Origin: Candidatus Moranbacteria bacterium GW2011_GWC2_40_12 | GTDB lineage: Bacteria > Patescibacteriota > Minisyncoccia > Moranbacterales > UBA11712 | Direction: 5' to 3' | Assembly (NCBI GenBank): GCA_000995965.1 | Contig: LBYD01000001.1 | Span: 76,923 to 140,922, forward strand | DNA: 64,000 nt | Shown here: positions 1 to 8,676 of the stretch, piece by piece | Layout of the letters: every line of letters starts with the position of its first letter | How positions within the stretch are numbered: the first letter of the stretch is position 1 | The notes under the pieces: model-generated | Seen by the model: the letters and a program-made list of their open reading frames with translations, nothing else | What the model was told of the DNA's origin: nothing | Databases searched by the model: none | Position numbers and translations under genes: made by a program

Positions 1-1347
1 TTTCCAAAAGTGAATTTTGATGCTTTTGTTCCGGTTGTCACTTTTGCCTGCGTGGCAACGCGCCATGATGTTTTTGATCGGTTCAAATTAAGCGAGAATT
101 TCCTCGAGGAATGCCAGGATACGGATTTTTGCCTGCGGCTTCAAGAATCCGGATTTAAAGTCCTTTATAATCCGGAATGTGAAATATATCATCTGGAAAG
201 CTCTTCGCGCGACTTCCGAAAAGGGGAGGCGGACAGACAGCTTTTGAAAAAAAGATGGGGAAAAAGAATTAATGAAATAATCACCGCCGGTAATCAAAGA
301 GTGAAATTCGAACCGGAAGAATACAAAAATTCCGTCACAATTGTCCGCGACGACGGAATTGGCGATCTTTTGATGGGAGTGAGCGCTTTCAAGAATTTTC
401 GCGAAACCCGCCTTCGCCAAGGCCCGCCTGCAACGATGTTGCAACTTCGGGCAGGCTTCGGCGGGCAAGAATATCCGGAAAGAAAATTGATCCTCGCAAC
501 CTATGAGCGCAACATCGAAATGATGGCGGGCTTTGGCATTTTTGACGAATTTATTCCGATTCCAAATGGGAAAAAATATTCCCCGCTTCCGATCCCGACA
601 GGAGAAGGAGGGAAAATATATAATTTCATTGACCTTGAAATGAGCTTCGGGCCGATTTGGGGCAATGTGAAAAATGACAACAAGATAAACCGCCATTTCG
701 TTTATTCACGAAGAATGGGGCTGGATGAGAATTTCAAGTTAGTCTCGATGCCGGATTATCCGGAGGCGAGAAAAAGAGTGGAGAAACTAATTACTAAAAT
801 AGGTGTTGATATATCCGCCAAAGGCGGATCCGCCTCTGGCGGAAATCAAAAGTTTGTCGTGTTCAATCTTGGTGCCTCCAACCCCGCCCGGAGCTGGTGG
901 GGGCCGTATTATCCGAAATTGATCGAAGCGGTTGAAAAAATGGGATTCACGCCGCTTATCCTGGGAACGAAAGACAGCGAATATTATAAAGGCGAAAAAG
1001 TAGTAAATCTGGTCGGGAAAACAAAAACAATCACGGAATTTATCGAAGCCCTGAAACTTGGAAAATACGTGATTTCCGCTGACACTAGCGCAACCCACAT
1101 CGCGGCTCTCGCCGGAATTCCGTTTCTGGCCATTTTCACCGGCGGAATGACACCGGAATCTCGTCTCAATCTTTACGAAAAATACGAAGTGCTGGCTCCG
1201 CCCAAGAGCCTCAAATGCTATCCCTGCTGGGATGAAGGCTGCAAAGATTTGTCGGTCCGATGGAAAAAAGACCCCTGCCGGCTTCTGATCAAACCGGAAG
1301 AAGTGATTGATAAATTCAAGAAGCTTGTCGAAAAATATCCAAGATAA
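1..1347 (+). CDS. Glycosyltransferase fusion, 5'-truncated by the window edge: C-terminal part of a GT2 domain fused to a GT9 (ADP-heptose heptosyltransferase-like) domain
   Basis: The frame is open from base 1, so the GTG at 10 is probably internal. GT2 tail: DTDFCLRLQESGFKV..YHLESSSR. GT9 motifs: IVRDDGIGDLLMGVSAF, NLGASNPARSW and ADTSATHIAALAGIPFLAIFTGG. Stop TAA at 1345-1347. Confidence 0.75.
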   Translation, partial: FPKVNFDAFVPVVTFACVATRHDVFDRFKLSENFLEECQDTDFCLRLQESGFKVLYNPECEIYHLESSSRDFRKGEADRQLLKKRWGKRINEIITAGNQRVKFEPEEYKNSVTIVRDDGIGDLLMGVSAFKNFRETRLRQGPPATMLQLRAGFGGQEYPERKLILATYERNIEMMAGFGIFDEFIPIPNGKKYSPLPIPTGEGGKIYNFIDLEMSFGPIWGNVKNDNKINRHFVYSRRMGLDENFKLVSMPDYPEARKRVEKLITKIGVDISAKGGSASGGNQKFVVFNLGASNPARSWWGPYYPKLIEAVEKMGFTPLILGTKDSEYYKGEKVVNLVGKTKTITEFIEALKLGKYVISADTSATHIAALAGIPFLAIFTGGMTPESRLNLYEKYEVLAPPKSLKCYPCWDEGCKDLSVRWKKDPCRLLIKPEEVIDKFKKLVEKYPR

Positions 1348-1369
1348 TATAAAAATTAAAAAAATAAAA

Positions 1370-2275
1370 ATGTGTAACAAAAAAAAGTTGCTTATTCTTT
1401 TGGTAGCGGCTTTTTCTTTCGTGCTTTTCTCAAATAAATCATTTGCCGTCACATTTGCCGTTATGGGCGATACACAAAGTTTCGAAGCTGGAAATGCGAA
1501 TGGTGCTCTGCAAAAGGCGGCAAAAAAGATAAAAAGAAAGAAAATCCGGGCGGCAATTGTAATGGGGGATTTGAAAAGTGACTGCTATAATGACACTACT
1601 TGCCTTTCATATTTCAACAACTGGAAAAGCGCGATATCTCCGATTTATAGAAAAACATATCCGGTGATGGGGAATCATGACAGGACGTATTCCGGGGCTG
1701 ACGCCATTTGGCAATCCGTTTTCAAGCTCCCGACCAATGGTCCAGAAAACTACTCCGAATTGTCATATGCTTTCAACAAGGGCAATTCTCATTTCGTTGT
1801 TCTGAACAGCTCCAAACCGGATAGCTATATCATTGATTCAAATCAGCGCAATTGGCTGGAGCAAGATCTTTCAAGAAATAGAAAAAAGAATATATTTGTT
1901 TTTTATCACATGCCGGCATTCCCGGTAAGTTCGCATATTGGGAGCGCGCTCGATCTATATCCAGAAGAACGAGATGCGCTGTGGAAAATTTTAGACCGAC
2001 ATAAGGTAACAGCTGTTTTTTCCGGACACGAACATCTTTTTGTTAGAAAAAAAATTGATTCGTCCGTTTTTTTGAGCGCGTCAAATTCAATTTATCAGTT
2101 CACGGTTGGGAACACAGACACATCAGCCTATCCTCCGCCACAAGAGGGCTCAAGTGAATACTATTATCTCGACAAACATTTCTTGATCGTAAAAGCGAAA
2201 AACAAAAAAATAACTACCGAACTATATTCAGCGGTTACTGGAAAAAAAATCAACACTTTTTCGTTCAAGAGATGA
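1370..2275 (+). CDS. Secreted calcineurin-like metallophosphoesterase
   Basis: Motif series GDTQ / MGDL / GNHD / VLNS / HMPAFP / GHEH. N-terminal signal-like MCNKKKLLILLVAAFSFVLFSNKSFA. ATG 1370 was chosen because the track start at 1307 overlaps the upstream gene. Confidence 0.8.
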   Translation: MCNKKKLLILLVAAFSFVLFSNKSFAVTFAVMGDTQSFEAGNANGALQKAAKKIKRKKIRAAIVMGDLKSDCYNDTTCLSYFNNWKSAISPIYRKTYPVMGNHDRTYSGADAIWQSVFKLPTNGPENYSELSYAFNKGNSHFVVLNSSKPDSYIIDSNQRNWLEQDLSRNRKKNIFVFYHMPAFPVSSHIGSALDLYPEERDALWKILDRHKVTAVFSGHEHLFVRKKIDSSVFLSASNSIYQFTVGNTDTSAYPPPQEGSSEYYYLDKHFLIVKAKNKKITTELYSAVTGKKINTFSFKR

Positions 2276-2761
2276 TTATTTCTCTGCTTTTATTTTTTCT
2301 TCGATAAGCGAAGTCGAAAGGGGAATATCTTCTTTGGGAACGAGGAAAAGCTCTCCGCCATACTGGTCGAGGACTTCCGTTTCGACGCATTTTGTTCCGT
2401 ATTCGGCGCTGTTGGCGTGGACATCCGGGCGGATTTTTTCGAGCCACGAGTTGGGGATGAGGTCGTCGAAAAGAAAAACATAGTCCACATACATTATCGC
2501 CGCTAGAAGCTCTGCCCGGTATTTGTCGGGAATGATGGGCCGTCCCGGCTTTTTTTTGTATTCTTTCACGGACTTGTCGCTGTTCACGCCGACAATCAGA
2601 AGATCTCCTCTTTCTTTCGCTTTTTTGAGAAGGTCGATATGTCCGGCGTGAAAAAGGTCAAAAGAGCCGTTGGTTGTGACAATTTTTTTGCCTTCCTTTT
2701 TCGCTTCAGCGGCGATTTGCAGAATTTCGTCAAGCGATTTTATTTTTTCTTTGTGATTCAT
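2276..2761 (-). CDS. hldC: D-beta-D-heptose 1-phosphate adenylyltransferase (RfaE domain II type cytidylyltransferase fold)
   Basis: TTNGSFDLFHAGHIDLLKKAKERGDLLIVGVNSDKSV matches the HldE C-terminal domain (TNGxFDxxHxGH, VNSD). It sits in an operon with gmhB, hldA and gmhA. Confidence 0.8.
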   Translation of the reverse strand: MNHKEKIKSLDEILQIAAEAKKEGKKIVTTNGSFDLFHAGHIDLLKKAKERGDLLIVGVNSDKSVKEYKKKPGRPIIPDKYRAELLAAIMYVDYVFLFDDLIPNSWLEKIRPDVHANSAEYGTKCVETEVLDQYGGELFLVPKEDIPLSTSLIEEKIKAEK

Positions 2762-2767
2762 ATGCTT

Positions 2768-2804
2768 TTACGAATTACGAATCAATTACGAATATACGAA
2801 TTAT
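2768..2804. repeat. Four copies of TACGAAT (2769, 2776, 2787, 2795), read as ATTCGTA on the minus strand just upstream of the hldC start
   Basis: Direct reading: ttacgaattacgaatcaattacgaatatacgaatta fills the gmhB-hldC spacer. Confidence 0.9.
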
Positions 2805-3352
2805 TATTTTTGCACAATAAATTTGGCCGCGTCGAGCAGGTCTTCGGCGATATATTCTACGTCCGTCTTGTGCTTTTCATCCGAGCCGCCCTTACCCGTT
2901 TTGACGAGGATTGATCTGATCCCGAAATTTTTTCCGCACTTCACGTCGGCCCATTTGTCTCCGATCATCCAGGAATTCGCATTGTCAATTTCAAAATCTT
3001 TTTCGGCCTGTTCAAGCATTCCAGGAGCAGGCTTTCGGCAATTTGAAGTTTTCTTGTATTTTCCAATTCCTTCGGGATGGTAGGGGGAAAAGTATGTTTT
3101 CAGAATTTCTATTCCGTTTTTTTTGAGTTCTTTTTCAACGTGGTTGTTGAAATTCCAAAAATCTTTCTCCGCATAATAGCCCCGGCCGATGCCTGACTGG
3201 TTGGTGATGATAATGAAATGAAATCCGTTTTGTTCAAGAATTTTCAGGCCGGGAATCACGTTTTTTTCAAATTCAAAATCTTCTATTTTATAAACATAAT
3301 TATGGTCGACATTGATCACCCCGTCGCGGTCGAGGAAAATTATTTTTTTCAT
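2804..3352 (-). CDS. gmhB: D-glycero-D-manno-heptose 1,7-bisphosphate phosphatase (HAD superfamily)
   Basis: MKKIIFLDRDGVIN (DxD motif), ITNQSGIGRGY, CRKPAPGM and GDKWADV align along the full length with the GmhB pattern. Confidence 0.85.
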   Translation of the reverse strand: MKKIIFLDRDGVINVDHNYVYKIEDFEFEKNVIPGLKILEQNGFHFIIITNQSGIGRGYYAEKDFWNFNNHVEKELKKNGIEILKTYFSPYHPEGIGKYKKTSNCRKPAPGMLEQAEKDFEIDNANSWMIGDKWADVKCGKNFGIRSILVKTGKGGSDEKHKTDVEYIAEDLLDAAKFIVQK

Positions 3353-3397
3353 AAGTTATCTGAAATTCAATGCCGGGGGAACCCCAACATTGAAAGT

Positions 3398-4435
3398 TTA
3401 CTCTCCGATCCAATCCAGAAGTTCTTCTTTCGTCACCACTGAAGTCCCGAATTTGCGGATGGCGACCTGCGAAGCGGCAGTGGCAAGCTCCAATGCTTCG
3501 TGCATTTTCGCGCCGCCGGCATAGGAAGCGATGAGCAATGCGGCGACTGTGTCTCCGGCTCCGGCGATGTCGAATTGCTCTTCGACTTCCCGGGGCCGGA
3601 CGAAATAGGGTTCTTTTCGGGGTTCGAAATAAACCGTTCCTTTTTTTCCTCGGGTGATGAAAATATGGATCGGAATTTCTTTCTGAATTATGCTCGCGAT
3701 CTCGATGATTTCGCTGTCCGTGGTTCCGTCTTTGTCAAAACCACTCATTATTTTGGCCGTTTCAACTGATTCCACCCGGTTGGGTTTCAGGAAGAACAGT
3801 TCGGGATTTTTGATGAAGCTTTTGAATTTCACGAAGGTGTTTTGTTTGAGATCGGCGAAAATTGGAATATTTTTTTCGCTTGAAATGTCAATAATTTTCT
3901 TGAAAACTTTTTCCGTGAGAAATCCCTTTGCGTAATCATGGACGGAAATAACAGCCGGGTTCATTTCTTTGGCAAGGCTTTCGAGATATGCCGATATCTC
4001 ATTTTCTTTTTCCTTGTTCAAGGGGCGGGTATCCTCCATATCTACCCGGGCAACATGCTGGGTAGTGGTTTTTATCGCCTTCACCCTCAATTTGAGGGTT
4101 GTTTTGCGGTCCGCATCAAGGCTGAAATGGGTGATTATTCCGCATTTTTTGTATTCTTCTTCCATCACTTCTGTATATCTTATTCTTCCTTTTTCACCAA
4201 TGACACCAACGAGGTGCGGCGTGAGGCCAATCGCTGCCATGCAATTCGCCGCGTTTCCGGCGCCCCCCGGAAAAAATTGCTCATCCTCCACCGCGATCAC
4301 GGGAACAGGAGCTTCCTGGGAAAATCTTTCGACGGGGCCGGTGAGATAAGCGTCAAGCATCACGTCGCCGCAGGCCAATACTGGCGCGTCTTTAGCATTT
4401 TTCAGGATTTTTTTGGCTCTTTCTATTGTTAGCAT
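3398..4435 (-). CDS. hldA: D-beta-D-heptose 7-phosphate kinase (PfkB family, RfaE domain I type)
   Basis: PfkB signatures GGAGNAANC and DIAGAGDTVAALL. Length 345 aa. Located between gmhA and gmhB. Confidence 0.8.
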   Translation of the reverse strand: MLTIERAKKILKNAKDAPVLACGDVMLDAYLTGPVERFSQEAPVPVIAVEDEQFFPGGAGNAANCMAAIGLTPHLVGVIGEKGRIRYTEVMEEEYKKCGIITHFSLDADRKTTLKLRVKAIKTTTQHVARVDMEDTRPLNKEKENEISAYLESLAKEMNPAVISVHDYAKGFLTEKVFKKIIDISSEKNIPIFADLKQNTFVKFKSFIKNPELFFLKPNRVESVETAKIMSGFDKDGTTDSEIIEIASIIQKEIPIHIFITRGKKGTVYFEPRKEPYFVRPREVEEQFDIAGAGDTVAALLIASYAGGAKMHEALELATAASQVAIRKFGTSVVTKEELLDWIGE

Positions 4436-4447
4436 AAAAATGGAACG

Positions 4448-4480
4448 AAAATTCTAAACCCCAAGCTCAAAATTCTAAAC
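4448..4480. repeat. Direct repeat AAAATTCTAAAC x2 (4448-4459 and 4469-4480), 21 nt apart, in the gmhA-hldA spacer
   Basis: Exact 12-mers were read directly. A looser third copy, GAAATTCAAAA, lies near 4502. Confidence 0.85.
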
Positions 4481-4549
4481 AATTTCAAAATTAAAACGGA
4501 CGAAATTCAAAAGAGTATTGAAAACTTAGATTCTGGCATTTGGAGTTAT

Positions 4550-5125
4550 TTAGGATTTACTGAAGAAATATTTCTCAACTTCTTCGCAGATCCAGTGGAT
4601 TGCCATCAAGTGGATTTCCTGAATAAGGGGTATATCCCTTGACGGAATAATAATCGCGGCATCAGCCAAATTTTTCATTTTCCCCCCGTCATTTCCAAGG
4701 AGGGCTATGTTCTTGACCCCTTTCTTTTTAGCAGATTCCATGGCTTTTAGGCAATTGCCTGAATTTCCGCTGGTGCTGATAGAAAACAGGACATCATTTT
4801 CCCCTCCCAAACTTTCGACGAAGCGGAAAAATATGCCCTCGTAGCCGTAATCATTTCCGACGGCGGTCGTCGTTGCCAGATCGTACAAAGATATCGCGGG
4901 CAAAGCCGGCCGGTCAAAAGCAAAGCGTCCGACAAATTCTCCGACCATATGCGAGGCTTGTGTTGCGCTTCCTCCGTTCCCGCAGGTCATCAACTTTCCT
5001 CTGTTTTCTAGCGATTTGACAATAGTATTGCGCGCAGATTCGAGAGAATCCAGAAAAACTTTGTCTTTTGCCAGCAAATTTTGCAATTCGGCCGATTGCT
5101 TGAGCTTATTTTGCATTGATTTCAT
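4550..5125 (-). CDS. gmhA: Phosphoheptose (sedoheptulose-7-phosphate) isomerase, SIS domain
   Basis: CGNGGSATQASHMVGEFVGRF, VGNDYGYEGIF, ISTSGNSGN and QEIHLMAIH are colinear with the GmhA family. Confidence 0.88.
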   Translation of the reverse strand: MKSMQNKLKQSAELQNLLAKDKVFLDSLESARNTIVKSLENRGKLMTCGNGGSATQASHMVGEFVGRFAFDRPALPAISLYDLATTTAVGNDYGYEGIFFRFVESLGGENDVLFSISTSGNSGNCLKAMESAKKKGVKNIALLGNDGGKMKNLADAAIIIPSRDIPLIQEIHLMAIHWICEEVEKYFFSKS

Positions 5126-5139
5126 ATTTACTGTATAAT
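5111..5139 (+). promoter_or_regulatory. Sigma-70-like promoter TTGCAT-17-TATAAT upstream of the repeat-protein gene
   Basis: TTGCAT at 5111-5116, 17-nt spacer, TATAAT at 5134-5139. It lies about 37 nt before ATG 5176. Confidence 0.4.
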
Positions 5140-5175
5140 TATATCAGCCAAACATAGCTTTATTAAAACAAAAAA

Positions 5176-5925
5176 ATGGACAAAAGACAAATCAGCAGCG
5201 TGATTATTGTCGCGCTGGCGATCACTTTCATCGGAGCTTCAGTCGCGAGCTCGAAAATCAAGACGCTGAAGAAAATAAAGGCGGGAAGCATCACGAATCC
5301 CTATATTGCCGACGGTGCGGTGAATTCCGCCAAAATCCAGGATGGGACAGTTTCGAACGCCGATTATTCCGACAATTCCGTCACAACCGGGAAAATAGCG
5401 GATGGAGAGGTCAGCACGGACGATCTCGCGAATAATGCGGTAACAACAGGAAAAATTTCGGATGGGACGATCGCGGCAGGGGATTTGGCTGATAGCTCGG
5501 TGACTTCGGCAAAAATTTCGGACGGAGCTATTGTCAACACGGATATAAATTCCTCGGCGGCCATCGCCGGAACGAAAATTTCGCCAAATTTTGGAAGCCA
5601 GGATGTGACAACAACGGAAGATGTTAACGCGACAAACGGTGCCGGTAATTTCTTAAGAGTAACAGTCGGAGATACCCTTGCTGGAACAGGTGGCGGACTG
5701 TATGTCGATGACGAGCTTACCGCTAACGGACTTCAAATAAATCCTTCTGATGCGTCAACAGGTGACGCAGATTCAGCAACTACGCCAACCGATGAAACAT
5801 GCAATAGTAATAATTGGGGAACTTATGAATTTGTGGATGACACGGACAGTCCCGCTGGATGGCTGTGGATTTGCCAGCGATCCGGTCCCGATACCTATGC
5901 ATGGGTGAGAGTAAGCGGCCCTTGA
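5176..5925 (+). CDS. Membrane-anchored or secreted Ser/Thr/Asp-rich periodic repeat protein
   Basis: N-terminal hydrophobic segment ISSVIIVALAITFIGASVAS. About 5 alternating repeats follow the pattern xxAVxxxKIxDGxVxxxDLxxx (for example NSVTTGKIADGEVSTDDLANNAVTTGKISDGTIAAGDLADSSVTSAKISDGAIVNTDI). The C-terminal domain contains 2 Cys. Confidence 0.7.
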   Translation: MDKRQISSVIIVALAITFIGASVASSKIKTLKKIKAGSITNPYIADGAVNSAKIQDGTVSNADYSDNSVTTGKIADGEVSTDDLANNAVTTGKISDGTIAAGDLADSSVTSAKISDGAIVNTDINSSAAIAGTKISPNFGSQDVTTTEDVNATNGAGNFLRVTVGDTLAGTGGGLYVDDELTANGLQINPSDASTGDADSATTPTDETCNSNNWGTYEFVDDTDSPAGWLWICQRSGPDTYAWVRVSGP

Positions 5926-5965
5926 TTTGTTTGATTTAATTCGATTGGAATTGGCTTGGTTATTC

Positions 5966-6003
5966 AAAATAAAAAAGGCCCGATGCTTTATCGGGTCTTT
6001 TTT
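5966..6003. terminator. Bidirectional rho-independent terminator between converging genes
   Basis: Stem CCCGAT (5979-5984) / ATCGGG (5990-5995), loop GCTTT. An A-run lies upstream and a T-run downstream. Confidence 0.6.
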
Positions 6004-6005
6004 GA

Positions 6006-6938
6006 CTATTTGTTATTGTTTTTCTGAAACCACTCGTATGTTTTCCTAATTCCCGTTTTGAAGTCGGTTTTTGGCGTCCATCTAAAATTCTCTTTTATTT
6101 TCGCGTAGGAAAGGCAGCTGGTTTTTTGCTCGCCGATTTTGGCTGGTCCGTGAACTTCTTTGAATTTTTTTCCGAAATACTTGTTTATTTCTCGGAATAT
6201 GCCGTTTACACTCGTTTCTTTGCCGGTGCTGGCATTATATATTCCTACTTTGTCGAATTTTTCAAGCGCCTGCAGATTTGCCGAAGTTATATCGTCAATG
6301 AAAATGAAGTCCCTCGTTTGTTTTCCACTTCCGTTGATTACGGGTTGCTTTCCATTCATCATCATGTGGAGAAAAATCGCAATTACATTTACTTCTCCAT
6401 GGGGGTTTTGCCGCGGTCCATACACATTCGGATAGCGAAGAGCGGCAAATTTCAGCCCGTGGACCTTGTTGGCATAATGCAAGAATTTTTCAACGGAAAG
6501 CTTTCCAACTCCGTAGGGAGAGACGGGCCAAGGCTCGACGGTTTCCGGAGTGGGGAGGACGCGCGTGTCGCCGTAGAGGGCACCGCCGGTTGACGAAAAT
6601 ATGAATTTTTTGACTTTGTATCGGCAGGCGAGTTCAATAAGATTCATGCTTGCCAAAATATTATTATTCCCTTCGAAAAGGGGATCGGCGACGGATTTTC
6701 GAAGGTCTATTTGCGCCGCGAGATGGAAAATGACCTCCGGTTTTTCTTTTTTGACGGTAGCTTCAGTTTTTTTGTGATTGGTGAGGTCAGCTTTGAAAAA
6801 TTTTGCCTCGGGATTGATATTTTTCTCAAATCCGGTGGAAAGATTATCAATCACCAAAACCCGATGCTTCTTTTCAACAAGAGCATCGACCAGATGCGAA
6901 CCAATGAATCCCGCGCCTCCCGTGACCAAGATTTTCAT
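6006..6938 (-). CDS. NAD-dependent epimerase/dehydratase (extended SDR; GalE-like or HldD-like)
   Basis: MKILVTGGAGFIGSHLV Rossmann motif, DNLSTG, and the catalytic SPYGVGK (YxxxK). Length 310 aa. Substrate cannot be assigned by eye. Confidence 0.85.
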   Translation of the reverse strand: MKILVTGGAGFIGSHLVDALVEKKHRVLVIDNLSTGFEKNINPEAKFFKADLTNHKKTEATVKKEKPEVIFHLAAQIDLRKSVADPLFEGNNNILASMNLIELACRYKVKKFIFSSTGGALYGDTRVLPTPETVEPWPVSPYGVGKLSVEKFLHYANKVHGLKFAALRYPNVYGPRQNPHGEVNVIAIFLHMMMNGKQPVINGSGKQTRDFIFIDDITSANLQALEKFDKVGIYNASTGKETSVNGIFREINKYFGKKFKEVHGPAKIGEQKTSCLSYAKIKENFRWTPKTDFKTGIRKTYEWFQKNNNK

Positions 6939-6989
6939 AGTGTTTTTTCCAAAGCTAAGCTTTCGGATTTTCCTAAAGCTCAGCTTTTT

Positions 6990-8582
6990 TTATTTTATCT
7001 TCCAAATGATTGAAATGGTTTTCGACTCGATATTTTGCGCGAGACCCCATTTTTTTTCAGACGGTTCCAGAAAATTGTTATCTATTTCAATTACATCGAA
7101 AGTCCTGCTTTTGACCAGATCGGTATACCAAGTTTTTTCTTCAGCGACGGGTCCCAGGATAAAGATGTTCTCATAGCCATTCTGGTCGATGTATTTCAGG
7201 TCATCTGCGTTAAAAAAATAGACGGCTTTTTTGCCAAAAAGAGATGTCATGGGATCGCTAAGAAGCGAGAATCCGCTGCCAGTGGCCATTCGATCGACCA
7301 AAATCAGATCATTCGGGCCGAATTTTTCGGCTATTTTTTCAATTTGGGGCAAAAGATCTCTATTTTCCGAAAGAGTGAGAAAGCGCCAGCTCACGACGAC
7401 GTTTGCCGTGATAAGGGCCGCAAGGGTGATATAGAGAAATATTTTGTGATAGAAAAACCGGTTGAGAAAATATATCGAGTAAAAAATCAGGATTGGAAAA
7501 ACGGCAAAAACGAACCGGCGCAGCATCCACGGGTCATCAAGAGAAATCATCGGTGAAATAAGATAGAAAAAAGCCGGAAAAGTGAGGAGTATTGGAATAT
7601 ATTCCGGCTTTAGCCAGTTTTTTTTCACTTTTTTTGCGAGCCAGCCGATTCCAGCGAGACCAAGAATGAGATAAGCCAAAATGTTATAGCTCAAAAACAC
7701 AGTCGCGAGATGCGAATACAGGCCAGATGAGGGTGCGGAATCTTTGGTTGAGTCGGGCAGAAAAGCTTTTGTGAAATTTTTGGCGCTGTCAGTCAGATCA
7801 TGATAATTCAGAAAAATATAGAGGGCAGAGAGCAACAATGTGGAAATTAGCAGATATTTTATGAAATTTTTTGAAAGCGGGATTGTATTTTTTCTGTTAA
7901 GGAAATAAATATAGCCGGCGGCAAGGAGATAAAAAACTATTCCCTCGATTCTGGTGAGCGCCGAAAGAGCGAAAAAGAGCAAAGAAATTTGCAGAAAGCG
8001 GTTATCCATATTTTTAGACGTTGGACGTCTAAAAGAAAGCAGAAAATAAATTCCCGCCCAGACGAGAAAAAGCATGAAGATTTCCGTGAGCGCGTATTTG
8101 GCAAACCAAGGGAAAGGAAAAAAAGTCGCGGCGATGAGAAACCCGAGAAGGGAAACTTTCTCGGAAAAAAACTGGCGAAGTGCGAGCCAAAATAATACCA
8201 GAAACAAAGCCAGGTGGAGGAAGTTGGCATACTGGATTCCCTTCAATCCCAACGCGGCATAAAAAACGGCCAGATAGGCGATAAAAGCTTTTGGGAAGCG
8301 GGTTATCAGCTTTCCATCCTTGGTATAGTCAAAACCGGGGAAGTTGAGGGCTCTGCCTTGCCCGTATTTTTGAAATAAGTCGTTTGATGAGGGAGCGGAG
8401 AAAACAAATGATTTGTGTTTTACGAGATCGATCGCGGCGGTTGCGATGGCGCCCTGATCTCGCCCCCCGAAAACAGTTGGAGTCGCGAAATAGCAAGTCG
8501 TGAAAGAAATAGCAAGAGAAATTGCGATGACTACGAGAAAATAATTCCTGTTTCCCTTTTTTTTGGGAGATTGGTGTTCCAT
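6990..8582 (-). CDS. Polytopic membrane protein, GT-C-like (putative polyprenyl-phosphate-sugar dependent glycosyltransferase)
   Basis: More than 10 predicted hydrophobic helices, with a soluble C-terminal part. The start was moved to ATG 8582 (MEHQSPKKK), because the longer track ORF would run through a + strand promoter and has a non-protein-like N-terminus. Confidence 0.6.
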   Translation of the reverse strand: MEHQSPKKKGNRNYFLVVIAISLAISFTTCYFATPTVFGGRDQGAIATAAIDLVKHKSFVFSAPSSNDLFQKYGQGRALNFPGFDYTKDGKLITRFPKAFIAYLAVFYAALGLKGIQYANFLHLALFLVLFWLALRQFFSEKVSLLGFLIAATFFPFPWFAKYALTEIFMLFLVWAGIYFLLSFRRPTSKNMDNRFLQISLLFFALSALTRIEGIVFYLLAAGYIYFLNRKNTIPLSKNFIKYLLISTLLLSALYIFLNYHDLTDSAKNFTKAFLPDSTKDSAPSSGLYSHLATVFLSYNILAYLILGLAGIGWLAKKVKKNWLKPEYIPILLTFPAFFYLISPMISLDDPWMLRRFVFAVFPILIFYSIYFLNRFFYHKIFLYITLAALITANVVVSWRFLTLSENRDLLPQIEKIAEKFGPNDLILVDRMATGSGFSLLSDPMTSLFGKKAVYFFNADDLKYIDQNGYENIFILGPVAEEKTWYTDLVKSRTFDVIEIDNNFLEPSEKKWGLAQNIESKTISIIWKIK

Positions 8583-8593
8583 TGTATTTCTTA

Positions 8594-8622
8594 TTGACAA
8601 AAGTATAGTAATGTTATAGAAT
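8594..8622 (+). promoter_or_regulatory. Near-consensus sigma-70 promoter TTGACA-17-TAGAAT
   Basis: TTGACA at 8594-8599, 17-nt spacer, TAGAAT at 8617-8622. A GGGAGG Shine-Dalgarno sequence and ATG 8677 follow. Confidence 0.55.
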
Positions 8623-8676
8623 ATAGTTTCAAAATTAACAAAAAAACAATAAATGAAAAGGGAGGCAGGCCGGTCA

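Noticed and set aside
1307-1369. Upstream ATG 1307 as the start of the metallophosphoesterase
   Set aside because: It would overlap the preceding gene by 41 nt and add a Lys/Ile-rich leader. ATG 1370 starts directly at a typical signal peptide.
2768-2804. CRISPR array or CRISPR-like repeats (TACGAAT clusters and the heptamer repeat at 43945-43978)
   Set aside because: The repeat units are 7 nt with 0-4 nt between them. There are no 25-40 nt repeats or unique spacers, and no cas genes are in the window.
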